Of a stretch of 64,000 nt of DNA, positions 17,483 through 27,188 are shown piece by piece (position 1 is the first letter of the stretch; every line of letters begins with the position of its first letter). The DNA is taken from assembly GCA_963674865.2 (NCBI GenBank), contig CAXXYE010000009.1, forward strand, positions 224,001-288,000. The letters are read 5' to 3'. Origin of the DNA: Candidatus Hydrogenedentota bacterium (lineage in GTDB: Bacteria; Hydrogenedentota; Hydrogenedentia; Hydrogenedentales; SLHB01). The notes under the pieces are model-generated. The model did not search any database. It was not told the DNA's origin and was given only the letters and a program-made list of their open reading frames with translations. The position numbers and the translations under genes were made by a program.

Positions 17483-18952
17483 CTACAGGTAGCCTAGCCC
17501 CTCCAGGAGTTCCTTGGTCCCTTCGTCGACGGACTCCGGCGTAGCTTCCTCGCTCCTTGTCTCTATCCGTATTCTCTCCACTTCCGCATCCAACAACCGA
17601 TTCAGTTGCTCAAGCGCCGGCTGGTACGCAGCATCCTCGGCAAGATTGTGCTCTTCGCCGGGGTCGCTTCCCAGGTCGTACACCTCCACGCTGCCGTCGC
17701 TTCCCCTAATCAGCTTCACGTGATCCTGCCGGACGGTCTTCAGGCGCCGTTTGTATCGCTGCAGCCGCGGATCGCTCCAGCGGCCGGCGGTATCAGGCCT
17801 TGTAAAGCAGTGATTGAGGAAGTACTCGCACAGGATCGGCCGCTCTTGAGTCATATCGCCGGGCAAGAGACTCACTCCCTGGCTCGGATACTCTGCCGCA
17901 TCGATGCCGGCCAACGTCAGGACTGTGGGAAATACATCCGTGAGTTGGGCGGGTCGGTTCTCCCTCGAGCCCGGCGGGAACAGCGCGGGATAATGGATAA
18001 TCAACGGAACACGGAGGGTCTCCTCGTACAGTGCAAGCTGGTGGTTGAGCAGGCCGTGTTCGCCCAGATACTCGCCGTGGTCCGCCGTCACAATGAATAT
18101 CGTGGAATCCCACTGGCCCCCTTTTTGGAGGGCCTTGATCATCTGCCTGATGAGGTAGTCCACATAGCTGACCTCAGCGTCGTAATGCTCGCCGAGGTGA
18201 ACCAATTCCTGCTCATCATAAGCAAGATCACCGAGAATCCAGTCGGCGATGTCCGCCTCGAGGCATCGATCCAGGTAGGCGTCGTCGCTCAGGAAGAGGC
18301 CGAAGGCCTCCTTTGACGAATCGTACGGGCTGTGCGCCTCCATGAGGTTGACGAAGACAAAGAGCGGCTCGGGCCCCTTCTGTTCAAAGGCCGTCTTGAA
18401 CGCATCCACGGCCTGGTTCTTGTACGGCGTCTTCATTTCCGTGGTCAGATAGGCGTCGAAGCCCTGCCCGAAGCCGTATTCCGGACTGACGATCTTGTTC
18501 TCCGAGATTCCCAGGGTGGCATAGCCATGTTCCGACAAGATCTCAGCCAACGTCACCAGGTGCTCATGGAGTTCCAAATGCTCCCAATGCGTCCCATGCC
18601 CGCTGGGATAAAGCCCTGTGAACAGTGAGGCGTGGGAGGGGATGGTCCAACATGACGTCGACCATGCGTCGTCATAGGTGCGCGATGTTTCACTCAGCGT
18701 GACGAGTCCGGGGCTGGTATTGCGCGCATAGCCGTAACAGGATAGGTGGTCCCGGCGAACCGTATCCATCACGATTAACACCACGTTCGGCCTTGCCGGG
18801 ATGTCGGCTGCCGTTGACGTACTTGCCTCGACCTCCTGGCTCCCCGCGGGTCCGGCCCCATCGCAGCCGCAGAGAATGATGCTCACAGCCGCCAGCACCA
18901 GGATAGTCATTGAAACCACGCCCCGGCCTGAGGGCACTCCCCGGGAGTTCAT
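17483..18952 (-). CDS. Sulfatase-like (AlkP superfamily) probable lipoprotein
   Basis: PNVVLIVMDTVRRDHL, WTIPSHASLFTG and TADHGEYLGEHG motifs; ILCGC lipobox-like segment. The start is uncertain (18952 or 19006). Confidence 0.85.
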   Translation of the reverse strand: MNSRGVPSGRGVVSMTILVLAAVSIILCGCDGAGPAGSQEVEASTSTAADIPARPNVVLIVMDTVRRDHLSCYGYARNTSPGLVTLSETSRTYDDAWSTSCWTIPSHASLFTGLYPSGHGTHWEHLELHEHLVTLAEILSEHGYATLGISENKIVSPEYGFGQGFDAYLTTEMKTPYKNQAVDAFKTAFEQKGPEPLFVFVNLMEAHSPYDSSKEAFGLFLSDDAYLDRCLEADIADWILGDLAYDEQELVHLGEHYDAEVSYVDYLIRQMIKALQKGGQWDSTIFIVTADHGEYLGEHGLLNHQLALYEETLRVPLIIHYPALFPPGSRENRPAQLTDVFPTVLTLAGIDAAEYPSQGVSLLPGDMTQERPILCEYFLNHCFTRPDTAGRWSDPRLQRYKRRLKTVRQDHVKLIRGSDGSVEVYDLGSDPGEEHNLAEDAAYQPALEQLNRLLDAEVERIRIETRSEEATPESVDEGTKELLEGLGYL

Positions 18953-19046
18953 CAGGTATGCTTCCTTGACTTGAGGTTTCATTGGCCTGCGGGACTGCCT
19001 AGACATCTGTTGGGCGCCGTCGTTGGTCGAAATCGACGATTCCCGC

Positions 19047-19075
19047 ATCATAACGGGGCTTCTGGGCGCTGTCAA
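19047..19075 (-). promoter_or_regulatory. Sigma70-type promoter of the sulfatase-like gene
   Basis: Minus strand TTGACA-N17-TATGAT. Confidence 0.7.
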
Positions 19076-19092
19076 TGCTCGAAATCCGGGCC

Positions 19093-20323
19093 CTAAGTGA
19101 TCCCCAGTTTTGCGATAGGTGCATGAATAAGGGCCAAACACGAGTTTCCGACCTGTATACTGGCGAAAGTCGACCAAAACCGTCGTCAGCAGGAGGATTT
19201 TTCATGTTTGGCCCGAGCAAGATTATGAAGTGGTTCGACCGGAATCTGCAAGAGGTGCGACGGTCGCGACGCAAGACGCTGGCCCATATCGCGGCAGGAG
19301 CCATGAAGATGAAAGGGGTCGGCGTGTTGGCGTTGGGACGCGCCATGGATGGCCCGGCACTCGCAAAGCACCGTATTAAAAGGGTGGATCGCTTCTTAGG
19401 CAATGAGCAGGTGGAAGCCTTCGCCATTGCCAAGGCGTTGTTCAACATCCTGCGAGGCCAAGACCGACGGCCCTTGGTCCTGGTCGATTGGACGGATCGC
19501 GGTGCCTTCGAACAACTGGTTCTCTCCATTCCCCAAGACGGCCGCTCTATGCCGTTCCACGCCATCTCCATCGATTCGACCAAATTCGGGACGGAAAGTG
19601 AAGGGGCTCTCATCCAAGCTGAACGAGAGATTCTGCGAGACCTGCACGCCATGTGTCCGCCCGGCGTGACTCCGATTATCGTGGCCGACCGGGGCTTCGG
19701 AAACGAGCGCTGGATACGCGATGTCACAAACTGGGGATGGTGCTTTGTGCAGCGTCTGTCCAAGAATCATTGGGTCGAAACCGAGCACCACATCGGCACC
19801 CTCCCCGAACTGGGGATACGGCGAGGCTATCGCCCCAAAGACTGGGGCTGGGGCACGATGGGAGAAAAGGACGCCGACAACAAGACGCCCTTTCGGCTGG
19901 TCACCGTCTTCGGTTGGGAGGCCGACGAGCCGTGGTATCTCATTACAAACATTGAAGATCGCGAGGCCCGGGCCATCACATCCATCTACGCGAAGCGCTG
20001 GTGGACTGAAATGATGTTTCGAGATCTGAAGAACCGCAAATGGGGGCTCGGCATGGACGAAGTGAAACTCACCTCCCGCCAGCGCACCGCTGTGCACTTC
20101 ATCATCGTCATGCTTGCCTTCATTCTTCTGTGCGCCTTCGGCGCCTTCGCCGAAACCAAAGACTTCGGCGAACAACTCAAAGCAAACACCGCCGAGAACA
20201 GAGCCCTCTCCCTCGCCGCCACAGGAAACCACTTCATCGAATTCATCGGACGAACCACCGTTGCTATGGCCATCGCTAGATTGGTCTACGCACCTACATA
20301 GAACCAAACTGGGGAGTACTCAG
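19093..20323 (+). mobile_element. IS4-family insertion sequence, copy 1 (1231 bp)
   Basis: Imperfect terminal IRs CTAAGTGATCCCCAGTTT / AAACTGGGGAGTACTCAG; 9-bp target duplication ATCCGGGCC at 19084-19092 and 20324-20332. Confidence 0.93.
19204..20301 (+). CDS. IS4-family DDE transposase
   Basis: LVDWT, VADRGF and YAKRWWTEMMFRDLK (YREK) motifs; AGGAGG before ATG 19204. Confidence 0.92.
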   Translation: MFGPSKIMKWFDRNLQEVRRSRRKTLAHIAAGAMKMKGVGVLALGRAMDGPALAKHRIKRVDRFLGNEQVEAFAIAKALFNILRGQDRRPLVLVDWTDRGAFEQLVLSIPQDGRSMPFHAISIDSTKFGTESEGALIQAEREILRDLHAMCPPGVTPIIVADRGFGNERWIRDVTNWGWCFVQRLSKNHWVETEHHIGTLPELGIRRGYRPKDWGWGTMGEKDADNKTPFRLVTVFGWEADEPWYLITNIEDREARAITSIYAKRWWTEMMFRDLKNRKWGLGMDEVKLTSRQRTAVHFIIVMLAFILLCAFGAFAETKDFGEQLKANTAENRALSLAATGNHFIEFIGRTTVAMAIARLVYAPT

Positions 20324-20387
20324 ATCCGGGCCAGTTTGCCTCGTGGGAAGGGCCGCCGTTCCGTCCTGGCCGGCGGCCGCTCGCATG

Positions 20388-20723
20388 CTAACCTCGCTCG
20401 CGGCCCTGTGCCTGGCCGGCTCTTCCTCCCCTGTGCGACTGGACCTCTTCGAGTTCCCGGAACTTCCCGCTCATGGCGTGATACTCATTGAGGCCGATGA
20501 TGAATATGACGACCGCGGCGATGATGAAGAGCCATCCGATGCCTAGGACAAGCCCGCCGCCGAAGAACTTGATAAAGCCGGCACCCGTTACCAGAAATGC
20601 AAGGGAAGTGCGGATATAGGCCAGGAAGGTACGTTGATTTGCAAGGACCGTCCGGTCGAGGGCCAGGAAATCGCGGAGGATCAGTTCCTCCGCACGGAAC
20701 TCACGGTAGGGTTCATGAGCCAT
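20388..20723 (-). CDS. DUF202 (YidH-like) membrane protein
   Basis: RDFLALDRTVLANQRTFLAYIRT followed by two TM segments. Confidence 0.85.
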   Translation of the reverse strand: MAHEPYREFRAEELILRDFLALDRTVLANQRTFLAYIRTSLAFLVTGAGFIKFFGGGLVLGIGWLFIIAAVVIFIIGLNEYHAMSGKFRELEEVQSHRGGRAGQAQGRERG

Positions 20724-20770
20724 GAAATACCTCCAGCTACGTCGCTTCGCGCCTGGTTATGGCTGCAACT

Positions 20771-22543
20771 CTACCATTTCGGCGACGTATCCTGCATCAT
20801 CAGCACGCCGCCGTCGTCCCCCGGACCGAAGCGGCGGAGCGCCTTCATCAGGGGGCGAAGCCTTCCCGGGATTCGGAACGCGGCGACCGCACTCCCCTCC
20901 CCTTCGCTGTTGTCGGGGCCCTCGCCGAAGGCCATCTCTAGGCCCATCTCCATGACGTCCTGCTCGCGGGGGAAGACGCGCACCTTCACGCCGGCGCCCT
21001 CGGGGATGCCCGCCGCCTCTTTGGCGAGGCGCAGGGCATCGGGATATCCTCCCAGCGCATCGACCAGTCCCAGGGCCAGCGCGTCCCGGCCGGTCCAGGC
21101 CCGGCCTTTAGCGATTTCGAGCACCCGATCTTTGCTCAGTTTGCGTCCCTCGGCCACTTTGTCCGTGAAATCCTCGTAGATTTGGTCCAGAAAGGCTTCG
21201 AGGCGTGTCCACTGCTCCGGACTGAAGTCTCGCGTGCCGGCCCACATCGTCGCGTTCTCGCTGGTGTGGACCTCGTCCCAGGCGACGCCGAGTTTGTCCC
21301 AAAATCCCGAGGTGAGCATCTTCCCCGCGAAAACGCCGATGGAGCCGGTAAGTGTTCCCGGCTGGGCGACGATCTTGTCCGCGGCCATGGCGACGAAGTA
21401 GCCGCCGGATCCGGCCAAATTCCCCATGGAGACGATGACGGGTTTGCCCGCTTCTCTCGCCCGAACGGTTTCGCGCCAGATGGTATCGGAGGCCACTGCC
21501 GAGCCTCCGGGGCTGTCGACGCGGAAGATAATCGCCTTCACGTTGTTGTCCTTGATTGCGGTTCGGAAGGCCGCTGTGACCGTGTCGGATCCCATAGTGG
21601 GCCCAAAGGCGGGGCTATAGCCGCTCGCTCCGCGCATCACCGGCCCCACTCCATAGATGAGCGCCACGGTGGCGCCCTTGGCGTGAGGTCTGCCTGCCCG
21701 CGCCAGGTACTTCCCGTGGTAAAGGAATTGCCCGCCGGCCCCCTTCCTGACCCGTTCGTAGACCTCATCCCTGTATAAGAGCCCGTCGACCAGTCCTGCG
21801 TCGAGCGCCTCCTGCGCCAGGAGCGGGCCTTTGTCGACGAGGTCCCGAACCTGCTCTTCCGACAGATCCCGGGCGTCTGCAACGCCTTCGACTATCTGGC
21901 TGAATACGGACTCCATGATCTGCTGCACGGATTCCCGGTGGGGCTCAGTGTACCCGTGCTCCGTGAAGGTATTGACGGCGTTCTTGTATTCCTCGCGCCG
22001 GTCGAGACGGGGCGTAACGCCGAGCTTGTCGAGCGCGCCTCTCAAGAACGGCTGCTCCATGATGAGTCCCGTCAGTCCGAGGCAGCCGGTAGGTTGGAGG
22101 TAGATCTCGTCGAAGGCGCTGGCGAGGTAATACGCGCCGTTGCCCGGGCCGAAGTCACCGAATGTCTCCGCGTAGGCGACGGCTCGCTTACCATGACTCC
22201 GGAAGGCGATCACGGCGTCTCGCAGTTCCTGGACGACTGCCGGCCCCATTCGCGACACGCCCACGCGCGCGATGAGGCCCGTCACCCGTTCGTCGCCCGA
22301 TGCCTTCTCGAGGGCGTCGACCACATCGCGCACCCTCGTCAGAGAAGATAGCGTCACCTGCGCCACCGGATCATTCGGCACGTATTCAATGAAGCCTCGC
22401 TCCAAGTCGACCTCAAGGATTATACGTTCCGGGACGCTCCGGTTGCCCACGAGCCATAGCGCCCCCGTAAGCACGCCCATTACGATGTTGGCGAGCGCAA
22501 ACACGCCCAGCGCGATCAGGAAGATCTTCAGAAAACGTTTCAT
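20771..22543 (-). CDS. sppA: Signal peptide peptidase SppA (long form)
   Basis: N-terminal TM; YYLASAFDEI, YKNAV, RVDSPGGS, SMGNLAGSGGY and TGSIGV motifs. Confidence 0.92.
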   Translation of the reverse strand: MKRFLKIFLIALGVFALANIVMGVLTGALWLVGNRSVPERIILEVDLERGFIEYVPNDPVAQVTLSSLTRVRDVVDALEKASGDERVTGLIARVGVSRMGPAVVQELRDAVIAFRSHGKRAVAYAETFGDFGPGNGAYYLASAFDEIYLQPTGCLGLTGLIMEQPFLRGALDKLGVTPRLDRREEYKNAVNTFTEHGYTEPHRESVQQIMESVFSQIVEGVADARDLSEEQVRDLVDKGPLLAQEALDAGLVDGLLYRDEVYERVRKGAGGQFLYHGKYLARAGRPHAKGATVALIYGVGPVMRGASGYSPAFGPTMGSDTVTAAFRTAIKDNNVKAIIFRVDSPGGSAVASDTIWRETVRAREAGKPVIVSMGNLAGSGGYFVAMAADKIVAQPGTLTGSIGVFAGKMLTSGFWDKLGVAWDEVHTSENATMWAGTRDFSPEQWTRLEAFLDQIYEDFTDKVAEGRKLSKDRVLEIAKGRAWTGRDALALGLVDALGGYPDALRLAKEAAGIPEGAGVKVRVFPREQDVMEMGLEMAFGEGPDNSEGEGSAVAAFRIPGRLRPLMKALRRFGPGDDGGVLMMQDTSPKW

Positions 22544-22726
22544 AGCCATTCTCCTCGGCAGGTAACTGGATATCCCGCCTCTTTTCGCACGGCGCGCTGA
22601 TGGTGTAGGCTCTGGACTCGGCGGGTGCGCCGTTGCGGTGATGGTAGGAGCATCGCTTGGGACTGTCAATGTTCATTACTCCTATGAACGCGTTGACTTG
22701 ACGATTACTCGGAGGGAGCGTGAGCG

Positions 22727-23704
22727 ATGAAACGCGGTTCGGCTGATTCGAAGCTGGCGCGGGTGAAGGAGATCGCGCAAGGCGCGATAGGCGATGCCGA
22801 GAAACAAGAACTGCGCAATCTTCTCCGCCGCGCGCAAGGTGCCGTCGTCATGAAGGTGGCGTTGTTGGCCGCCCGCCGCGGCCTTGACGAACTGGTCCCC
22901 GACCTTACCGCCGCCTTCGGCCGGTTCATGTCCTTGCCCGCCAAGAGCGACTCCGGCTGTCTGGCAAAAGTGGCCATCGTCGAGGCGCTGAACACGTTGG
23001 GCCACGACCACACGCCGACATTCCTCCAAGGCATTCGCCATGTGCAGATGGAGCCGGTTTACGGTGGGCGAGCGGACACGGCGGCCGTGCTGCGGGGTCG
23101 GTGCGGAGCGGCCCTGGCAAGGATCGATCATCCCGACGCACGCACGGAACTGGTTACGCTGCTCATGGATCGCGAGGTAGAGGCGCGGCGTTCGGCCGTC
23201 AAGGCGCTTGCGTACTTGGGCGGCGAATCGTGCGAGTTGGTCCTGCGCGTGAAAGTTCTCGCGGGAGACGAGGAGAAAGAAGTCACCCTGGACTGTCTGA
23301 ACGCCCTCATCGAGATCGCGCCGGAGCATTCCCTCGAATTCGTAGCCGGCTATCTGAACTCCCCGGACGCGGCCCTGGCTGAGGGTGCTGCTCTTGCCCT
23401 CGCGGAGACTCGCTCCTCCGAGGCCTATGGGATCCTCCGGGAGCATTGGGATCGAAATGTGGACGCGGACACCAGGGAGATGCTTCTCCTGCCCTTTGCC
23501 CTACTGCGCAATGACGATGGCTTCGAGTTCCTGCTCGACCTCGTTACGGAAGCTCGCGGCGGCATCGCGGCTACCGCGGTCGAGGCGCTACGCATCTACC
23601 GCGGCGACCCGGCGCGGGCCGCGCGTGTCAGCGACGCGGTTAGCCGGCGCGATGATCGGGCCGTCACACGTGCATACGCCGAGGCGTTCCCGGAAGCGTC
23701 CTGA
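22727..23704 (+). CDS. HEAT-repeat protein
   Basis: Repeated R..A..AL helical units; GGAGG RBS. Confidence 0.7.
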   Translation: MKRGSADSKLARVKEIAQGAIGDAEKQELRNLLRRAQGAVVMKVALLAARRGLDELVPDLTAAFGRFMSLPAKSDSGCLAKVAIVEALNTLGHDHTPTFLQGIRHVQMEPVYGGRADTAAVLRGRCGAALARIDHPDARTELVTLLMDREVEARRSAVKALAYLGGESCELVLRVKVLAGDEEKEVTLDCLNALIEIAPEHSLEFVAGYLNSPDAALAEGAALALAETRSSEAYGILREHWDRNVDADTREMLLLPFALLRNDDGFEFLLDLVTEARGGIAATAVEALRIYRGDPARAARVSDAVSRRDDRAVTRAYAEAFPEAS

Positions 23705-23715
23705 CGCACCGGCTT

Positions 23716-26322
23716 CTATCTTCCCGTATAGGCGAACACGTAGGGCGGAGGGTCGCGCCAATCCGGCACGGCGGGATACCAGAGGCGCCGGGCCAATTGG
23801 CCGGGTGCGTCGGCGTCGCTCGCGGCTACGGCCAGCCCAAGCGTGCTCTCGCTGTCAGGGCCGATCCCTCCGAGCATGCTCCAGGGGATGGCGCACTCCC
23901 ACGTATACCCGCCGGGTGTCTCCATCATGGCCACGGCCGTTCCCGGATCGTTGGCGGGCGCCTTCTCTCGATCCTCGTAATCGCGAGACGCGAGCACCAT
24001 GTCCCGCATGATCGTCAGGAGGCACGGCTTCCCTGTCGCGTCGTCGAGCAGTAGGTAATAGATCGCGTCCTCGCGCTCATCATTGTCCGTGTCAAAGAGG
24101 ATACCTATCGAATCGGCCCGGTATACGCGGCCCACCCGAATCGGCACGGCAGGCGTGTCTTGTACCTCGGCCGACACGTAGAGCGCCTCGTCGCCCCGAG
24201 CGAACCGGAGCGCCACGGCGTAGTCATTGTCCGTCAACGTAAGGGCCGGCTCCGGCCAGCCCTCATCGCCGAGCCTCCCGTCAATGGCAAAGGTGGTGTG
24301 AATTCGGGGGATGGCGAGGACGGTAGGCGGTTCCGCCGCCGGCGGCAGTTCCGCCCCGAGTTCCCGAAGGTAGCGGCGGAGCAGCGGCGCCATGCCTGCG
24401 TCTCTGTAAAGTCCGTAATCGGCCTTGTAAGCGGCGAACAAGTCCAAGGCCCGTCGAGCATGAAAGGCGCACTGTTCGCGCGCATCACGCGCGGCGGACG
24501 CGGGGAGGTCCGGCTCATCTTTGTAGTACCAGAGCCAAATCGCTTGCTGGTAGTGGGTTAAGAGATTCACAATGGCGTCGAAATGGCGGAAACTCTCGAT
24601 AACTCGCTCGGCGTCGTCAGCCGACCTCATTTCCCGCGTAGCCGCCTCGGCCTGGGTGATCATCGCCGCGCTCAGTGCCCGCGTCTCCTCGGCTTCTGCA
24701 AGAAGCAGCGGCACCTTCCCACGCACGTGATTGTCGCGGTACGCGTCGCCGTGTGGGTCCTTGACGATCTGGTAGTAGTGCCGGCCGTCGGTGAAGCACT
24801 TGCGGTGCGTAATGGCGTAGGCGTCCCGCTTCCGGCTCGAGAAGCCATTGACATAGAAGGTGCGGCGCGCGATTTCCTGCGTCATCATGAGTGCATCCGC
24901 GAGCGGCTCCGCGCCCTCGGGCCCGAACTCGATCACGGCCCTGTCGCGCGCCCATTCCCAAGGGTCGCCCTCGGGCTCCCAACAGGCGCGGTACCAGGCG
25001 TAGAGGTTCCAGCGTGTCCATGATAGGGGCTCATAGAAATTCTTGCTGTACCACATGCGCCCCTCGGCCGTTTCAGTCGCGCCGAGCCGGCGGCAGCGGC
25101 TCATGTCATCCCGTATTCGGGGGCCGATGTACACCGGAAGGTAGCCTTGCCCCTCGTATTCCCGATCCATTTGTATCATGATCCCTTGCGGGATGTTCGT
25201 TACGCCGAAGTTGTCGTTGAAAGGAGAGGGCAAGTAGAAGTCGTGCTCGCAATGATTGTTCTGGAGGCAGATGTTTCGTGGGGAGATGTTCTCGAAGATC
25301 GTGCGGAGCGCCTGGGGATCATTCAGCGGATACGTGTCGGGCGGATTGCCCCACGACGTGATAATCATCCGCTTCCCGAACTCGTCTACGACCACATCGT
25401 AGGCGCGCTCGACCATACGCTGGAAGCCTCCCACAGGCCCCAGGGCCTCCGCCTTTGGGCCGCGGGCCGCCGCGATCTGATAGCGCTGCGGGAAATCCTG
25501 CATGCTGGCGCGGAGGCCGCCTATCTCCGGAAAGTCGCGCAGAAACAGTCGCTGGTACGCCTGCCAAATCTCCCACGGCTTGTCCAAGGCCGGCGACAGC
25601 GTTAGGCCGTCCTCGCTAACCTCCTCACCGAACACCTCGATCACCTTGTCGATGTCGCCGATGTCCAGGAATGGCCCGCATCCCGATACCGGCTCCAAGC
25701 CCCAGGCCTTGAGCGCTGCAATTTGCTCCCTCAGTGCCGCGCGACGTGCATCGACTGTCCGTCGATGGTTTTCCACGCCCGTGACGAGCCGTGGATCCAC
25801 CTCGTCGAGGTAGATGTAGGAGCGGGCCGAGACAATATTGCGCGCGTTGCACGTGTGGCGCAGATCCAGTTCGAATACGGATTGGGGGCCTCTCTCGGGT
25901 GCGGGCGTATTGGCGCCGAGGTCCACGCGATCGCGGTATCGGAATGCAGGCGCCCGGGCGTCCTGCCGTTCGAGAGCGGCCGCGCCCTCGATAGCGAGGC
26001 GTTCCGCCAGCCAAATCATCCCGTAAAGTGCGCCGTGCCAGTCTCTTCCAACAACGTACACCGCCTGCTCCTCAGGTACGGGGCACAATGCGAAGCCCTC
26101 CGACGTCTCGGGGACATTCGCCGTCAGATCCGCCGAGCTTCCAAAGGACTCGATGGTGGCGACATGGACAGAGGCCTGTCCTACGAGAGACTCGCCTGCA
26201 GCCTCAACAAGGCCACAGACGTAGCGCATTGGCGGCGCGTCGGCTTCCAGCGGGGGCGCAACGTGAATATCGATGCCGCATAGCGTTATTACTGTAAGGA
26301 AATACGTGCCGATGAGGTACAA
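23716..26322 (-). CDS. Putative glycoside hydrolase-like protein with a C-terminal CBM9-like domain
   Basis: GH20/GH67-like N-terminal module (EGF...VVGRDWHGALYG...PAFRYR); C-terminal IDGRL.D.W, LYVSAEVQD and GYTWECAIPW. Confidence 0.6.
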   Translation of the reverse strand: MYLIGTYFLTVITLCGIDIHVAPPLEADAPPMRYVCGLVEAAGESLVGQASVHVATIESFGSSADLTANVPETSEGFALCPVPEEQAVYVVGRDWHGALYGMIWLAERLAIEGAAALERQDARAPAFRYRDRVDLGANTPAPERGPQSVFELDLRHTCNARNIVSARSYIYLDEVDPRLVTGVENHRRTVDARRAALREQIAALKAWGLEPVSGCGPFLDIGDIDKVIEVFGEEVSEDGLTLSPALDKPWEIWQAYQRLFLRDFPEIGGLRASMQDFPQRYQIAAARGPKAEALGPVGGFQRMVERAYDVVVDEFGKRMIITSWGNPPDTYPLNDPQALRTIFENISPRNICLQNNHCEHDFYLPSPFNDNFGVTNIPQGIMIQMDREYEGQGYLPVYIGPRIRDDMSRCRRLGATETAEGRMWYSKNFYEPLSWTRWNLYAWYRACWEPEGDPWEWARDRAVIEFGPEGAEPLADALMMTQEIARRTFYVNGFSSRKRDAYAITHRKCFTDGRHYYQIVKDPHGDAYRDNHVRGKVPLLLAEAEETRALSAAMITQAEAATREMRSADDAERVIESFRHFDAIVNLLTHYQQAIWLWYYKDEPDLPASAARDAREQCAFHARRALDLFAAYKADYGLYRDAGMAPLLRRYLRELGAELPPAAEPPTVLAIPRIHTTFAIDGRLGDEGWPEPALTLTDNDYAVALRFARGDEALYVSAEVQDTPAVPIRVGRVYRADSIGILFDTDNDEREDAIYYLLLDDATGKPCLLTIMRDMVLASRDYEDREKAPANDPGTAVAMMETPGGYTWECAIPWSMLGGIGPDSESTLGLAVAASDADAPGQLARRLWYPAVPDWRDPPPYVFAYTGR

Positions 26323-26530
26323 GGGCTTCGGACTCCTTTTTGATGTTCAGTTTGCGTACCTTGGTATGGGAAACGCGTGGATAGTAACACAGCATCTCGG
26401 CCGGCGTCCCGCGCTTTGGCCCGTCGTGCAGCGCTACCCTCAGTCCGTCCGCCCGGTTTCTATTTGATCCGTTGCAATGTATACTCTCATTAGGTACCTG
26501 AGGAAGCGCCGATCAAGAGGTTTGGCTGTT

Positions 26531-27163
26531 ATGCATAAGAGACGCGATGGATTCAGTCTGATCGAGCTGCTTGTCGTGATGGCCATCATCAGCATCCTCA
26601 TGGCAATGTACGCGAGTACGCTGACGAAGGCGACCCGTAAGGCGAAGGCGGTGGCCACGTCCGAAGCCTTTCGTCAGGATCACATCGGCCGCGTCGCAGA
26701 CAATGCCCTGGTTCTGAACGCAAACAACGCGCGGCGTATTGGCCGCGACGAGTGCCGCAGAAACTACCACAAGACCGTCAACACATCGGAAGGCGAGCGG
26801 TATGTAACCGAGCTCTGCTATACCGTCAGCAATGAAGACGAATTTGAGGCCTACTGGCACACCTTGATCAATCCGGAGAATAAGGACGAACTCGTGTGGA
26901 CGGACAGAAACCACCTCGTAGCTAGCGATCCACAGGGCAACGAGTATTTCCTCCGTTCTCTCGAAGAGCATCTCGGCAAATCGGACATCCCCAAGATGTG
27001 GGAGTTTCTCGCTGTCAACCTTGGGAACACTACTCTCGACAACGTCGGCATCAACGTGTTATTCAGCGATGGCCACGTCGAGTATCTGCCGTACCCCGAC
27101 AAGTTCCCCTGTTGTGCCACCGTAGCCAAGCTGTCCGAGCAGTTTGTGCGGCACTACTTATAA
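26531..27163 (+). CDS. Prepilin-type N-terminal cleavage/methylation protein (H-X9-DG-like C-terminus)
   Basis: G|FSLIELLVVMAIISIL cleavage motif and GINVLFSDGHVE. Confidence 0.85.
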   Translation: MHKRRDGFSLIELLVVMAIISILMAMYASTLTKATRKAKAVATSEAFRQDHIGRVADNALVLNANNARRIGRDECRRNYHKTVNTSEGERYVTELCYTVSNEDEFEAYWHTLINPENKDELVWTDRNHLVASDPQGNEYFLRSLEEHLGKSDIPKMWEFLAVNLGNTTLDNVGINVLFSDGHVEYLPYPDKFPCCATVAKLSEQFVRHYL

Positions 27164-27188
27164 CCTCGACGTGGGGGGGGGGAACGCC

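Noticed and set aside
17483..19177. Long ORF apparently fusing IS antisense sequence to the sulfatase-like gene
   Set aside because: ORF-caller extension. The gene's own promoter lies at 19047-19075, so the true start is downstream of it.
27173..27182. G10 homopolymer as a phase-variation tract
   Set aside because: It lies between two convergent stop codons, not in a CDS or promoter.
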